From a virus, in IMG/VR virus record IMGVR_UViG_3300045988_111426: a DNA stretch of 64,000 bases, one strand, 5' to 3'. This document shows, piece by piece, positions 62,327-64,000 of this stretch (within the stretch, counting starts at the first letter, position 1; the number at the start of each line of letters is the position of its first letter). The notes under the pieces are model-generated. The model saw nothing but the letters and a program-made list of their open reading frames with translations. It ran no database searches and was not told the DNA's origin. The position numbers and the translations under genes are program-made.

Positions 62327-62412
62327 TGTCATGACAAAGTTGTCATATTCTGTCATCTTTGTCATACTTCGTGTCATGTGTCTGTCATGTCATTCGTGTC
62401 ATATTTTGTCAT
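62327..62412 (+). repeat. TGTCAT array C (9 copies)
   Basis: TGTCAT starts at 62327 (palindrome TGTCATGACA), 62341, 62351, 62360, 62372, 62383, 62388, 62397 and 62407. Spacing is mostly 9-14 bp. Confidence 0.8.
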
Positions 62413-62422
62413 ATGTTCGGAA

Positions 62423-62440
62423 GGTACATAAACGAAAAAG
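62423..62440 (+). promoter_or_regulatory. late-like box (GGTACATAAACGAAAAAG)
   Basis: 2 nt upstream of ATG 62443. Confidence 0.4.
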
Positions 62441-62442
62441 CG

Positions 62443-63177
62443 ATGACAAGAGAAGCATTCATAAAGCATGTAACTGATGAACTCACAGAGGGTGGTGTTA
62501 TTCCAGCAAGTCCAAGCATAACGAGAATAAACCAGATCATAGACAAATCACTCGCTTATTTCTATGATCACGATGATGATTCTCACGAATATCAGTACTT
62601 GGTGGTTTCACCAAGCGCATTCAACACTGATTTGTTCAGATTAAAGAGACAGATTGCTTTCCCAAAGAATGTTCATGCCGTGATGAGATTCCGTCAAACC
62701 CGTCAGAACAGCTTTATGGGGAATTCTTATCTGATGGGAGGAGATTTCAGAGGAACGAATTATAACTTAAGAATGGCGATAAATGGCGATTCTGAAGCAT
62801 ATCTCACGGCAATCGCATCATCTTACTTTTATCAACAGATCGAAAAGTTCTGCATAAGTGACGTTCAATACGACTATTCATCAATATCAAACATGCTCAC
62901 TGTCATTGGTGTAGATCCAAAAGCAAGTTGTGTAGCTCATGTCTCAGTGAAAGTCCCCGATGAAGCAATGTTTGAACACGAACTTTTCTTCAGATACGTT
63001 TGTGGTCAATGTAAGGTATCGATTGCATCGATCTTTGGATTTACAGATCAGAAACTGATCGCTGGTTATAAGATCGACCACGCATCAATAAAAAGTGAAG
63101 GAAAGGAACTGGTAAAGGATGTCCTACAAGAACTACAAGAAAAGAGAACTGGTGACTTTATGGACTTCTTTGATTAA
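62443..63177 (+). CDS. late protein, function unknown (start re-assigned)
   Basis: The track ORF starts at 62359 inside the TGTCAT array. ATG 62443 (MTREAFIKHV...) follows a late-like GGTACATAAACGAAAAAG box (62423..62440). Terminator 63205..63255 follows. Confidence 0.5.
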   Translation: MTREAFIKHVTDELTEGGVIPASPSITRINQIIDKSLAYFYDHDDDSHEYQYLVVSPSAFNTDLFRLKRQIAFPKNVHAVMRFRQTRQNSFMGNSYLMGGDFRGTNYNLRMAINGDSEAYLTAIASSYFYQQIEKFCISDVQYDYSSISNMLTVIGVDPKASCVAHVSVKVPDEAMFEHELFFRYVCGQCKVSIASIFGFTDQKLIAGYKIDHASIKSEGKELVKDVLQELQEKRTGDFMDFFD

Positions 63178-63204
63178 CTCGTTGATAGACGAATAACACT
63201 AATA

Positions 63205-63255
63205 CTTATTGGGCGATATCTTCCTAAAAATCCGAGGTCGATATCGCCCAATAAG
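63205..63255. terminator. bidirectional terminator between convergent genes
   Basis: CTTATTGGGCGATATC / GATATCGCCCAATAAG perfect 16-bp stem. Confidence 0.7.
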
Positions 63256-63273
63256 TGTCGATCAGCTATTTCT

Positions 63274-63480
63274 TCAGCCGATCTTTTGTATTTCTTCTAT
63301 TTCTTTCTTTGATTGTTCCGCAACATCATAGAGATCAGAGACCTTTGCATCTTTGTTCTCGTTTATAAGCTTTACAATGTTCGAAATGAGAACAGCATCC
63401 TCTTGTGTCACCTGCAAACCGATAGTTCTAAGTGCTATGGCCAGATTTCTGTAATAGGCGATCTTTTCCTTGTTGTTCAT
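63274..63480 (-). CDS. hypothetical small protein
   Basis: 68-aa ORF, 4 nt downstream of the previous gene. No motif recognised. Confidence 0.4.
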   Translation of the reverse strand: MNNKEKIAYYRNLAIALRTIGLQVTQEDAVLISNIVKLINENKDAKVSDLYDVAEQSKKEIEEIQKIG

Positions 63481-63484
63481 TGAT

Positions 63485-64000
63485 TTATTCGTTTAGTTTC
63501 TTAGAATCTTCAATTTCGAGAAGTGATGAGATCTTATAGGAGAGTGCTTCAAGTTCATCCATAAGATCAAACTCGCTCTCTTCACTCATCTCCTCCTTTA
63601 CAAAGTCAACACCAATAAAGCCAATAGGATAATCTTTAGAGTTCTTTATAAGCTTAATGTATAGCGACTTCGTATCATACTTGGTGATATTCAAGAGAGA
63701 TTGGTCTTGATTGTCACGACGGAAATCTGCAACGGATCTCACACAAACCTGCTCATTTATCAGAACTTCTTGATTGAGATTGATCATCATCCCAGTTGGA
63801 ATACCTTGCATTGCAGTCTTGTGAGATGTGAACCCAGGCTTTGAAGTTTCATAAGTCTCAGACATTTTTGCGAAAGCAAGACCATTTAAGTTTGATTCAC
63901 CATTGTGATATTCGAAGATGTAAACACGATCGGCTTCATGATCCCTGCGGAAATCATCAATCAGTCTTGATATTCTTTTGTTAATCTCAAGTCTTAGATT
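63485..64000 (-). CDS. hypothetical protein, N-terminus beyond window end
   Basis: The track gives 63485..63865. The same frame stays open upstream to nt 64000 (my translation: NLRLEINKRISRLIDDFRRDHEADRVYIFEYHNGESNLNGLAFAK-MSETYE...), so the true start is probably outside the window. Confidence 0.5.
   Translation of the reverse strand, partial: NLRLEINKRISRLIDDFRRDHEADRVYIFEYHNGESNLNGLAFAKMSETYETSKPGFTSHKTAMQGIPTGMMINLNQEVLINEQVCVRSVADFRRDNQDQSLLNITKYDTKSLYIKLIKNSKDYPIGFIGVDFVKEEMSEESEFDLMDELEALSYKISSLLEIEDSKKLNE

Noticed and set aside
62359-62442. N-terminal 28 codons of track ORF 62359..63177 (MSYFVSCVCHVIRVIFCHMF...).
   Set aside because: The Cys/His/Val-rich sequence is simply the TGTCAT array read in frame. 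A late-like box directly precedes ATG 62443.

Overview
The window is a contiguous piece of a large, AT-rich genome of a contractile-tailed, distantly T4-like phage. About 90% of the coding sequence is on the minus strand. All protein calls come from motifs read by eye in the supplied translations and from remembered T4 and E. coli sequences. No searches were run.

Confident calls:
- gp20-like portal (14813..16483)
- an unusually long gp18-like tail sheath (16857..20282)
- membrane-spanning tape-measure protein (20817..24659)
- T4 RNase H/FEN-like 5'-3' exonuclease (25127..26179)
- RtcB RNA ligase (26179..27375)
- NAD-dependent DNA ligase LigA (56731..58692)
- guanylate-kinase-like kinase (7056..7586)
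- tRNA-Arg(UCU) (44690..44761)
- the C-terminal half only of a family-B DNA polymerase, as a stand-alone gene (3852..5054)
- several giant fibre or baseplate proteins, including a 2340-aa LamG + CotH-like + LRR protein

Weaker calls are a DUF2828/vWA protein, a DUF5131 protein, and gp15-, gp26- and gp62-like proteins. Others are a YkuD-like cell-wall enzyme, a PLA2-motif protein, a protein pairing a sigma-70 region-4-like HTH with YwqK/MORN repeats, and a Hint/intein-like ORF.

The most interesting signal is non-coding. There appear to be three separate, highly conserved classes of promoter-like cassettes:
1. Ten copies (E1-E9, with E4 as a tandem pair) of TTG-N19/20-TRTTTTCA-N21/22-GCAAGGAAAGTACC, mostly wrapped in a 14-22 bp inverted repeat. 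Half of them point antisense into late genes.
2. Three dense same-strand TGTCAT arrays, each with a proximal TGTCATGACA palindrome, upstream of a conserved ~35-nt TGGCAYRAT-YTTTGTTATARY block and CAATCA-rich leaders.
3. A T4-late-like TAAATAAC/ATAAAC box 10-40 nt upstream of at least 14 late genes. No Shine-Dalgarno sequences were seen, which would fit a Bacteroidota-type host (inference).

A 1.4-kb ORF-free hub (5055..6481) carries ~250-bp tandem units, about 15 iteron-like repeats, a (GTCTTT)6 tract and a hairpin-rich segment that could be a structured RNA.
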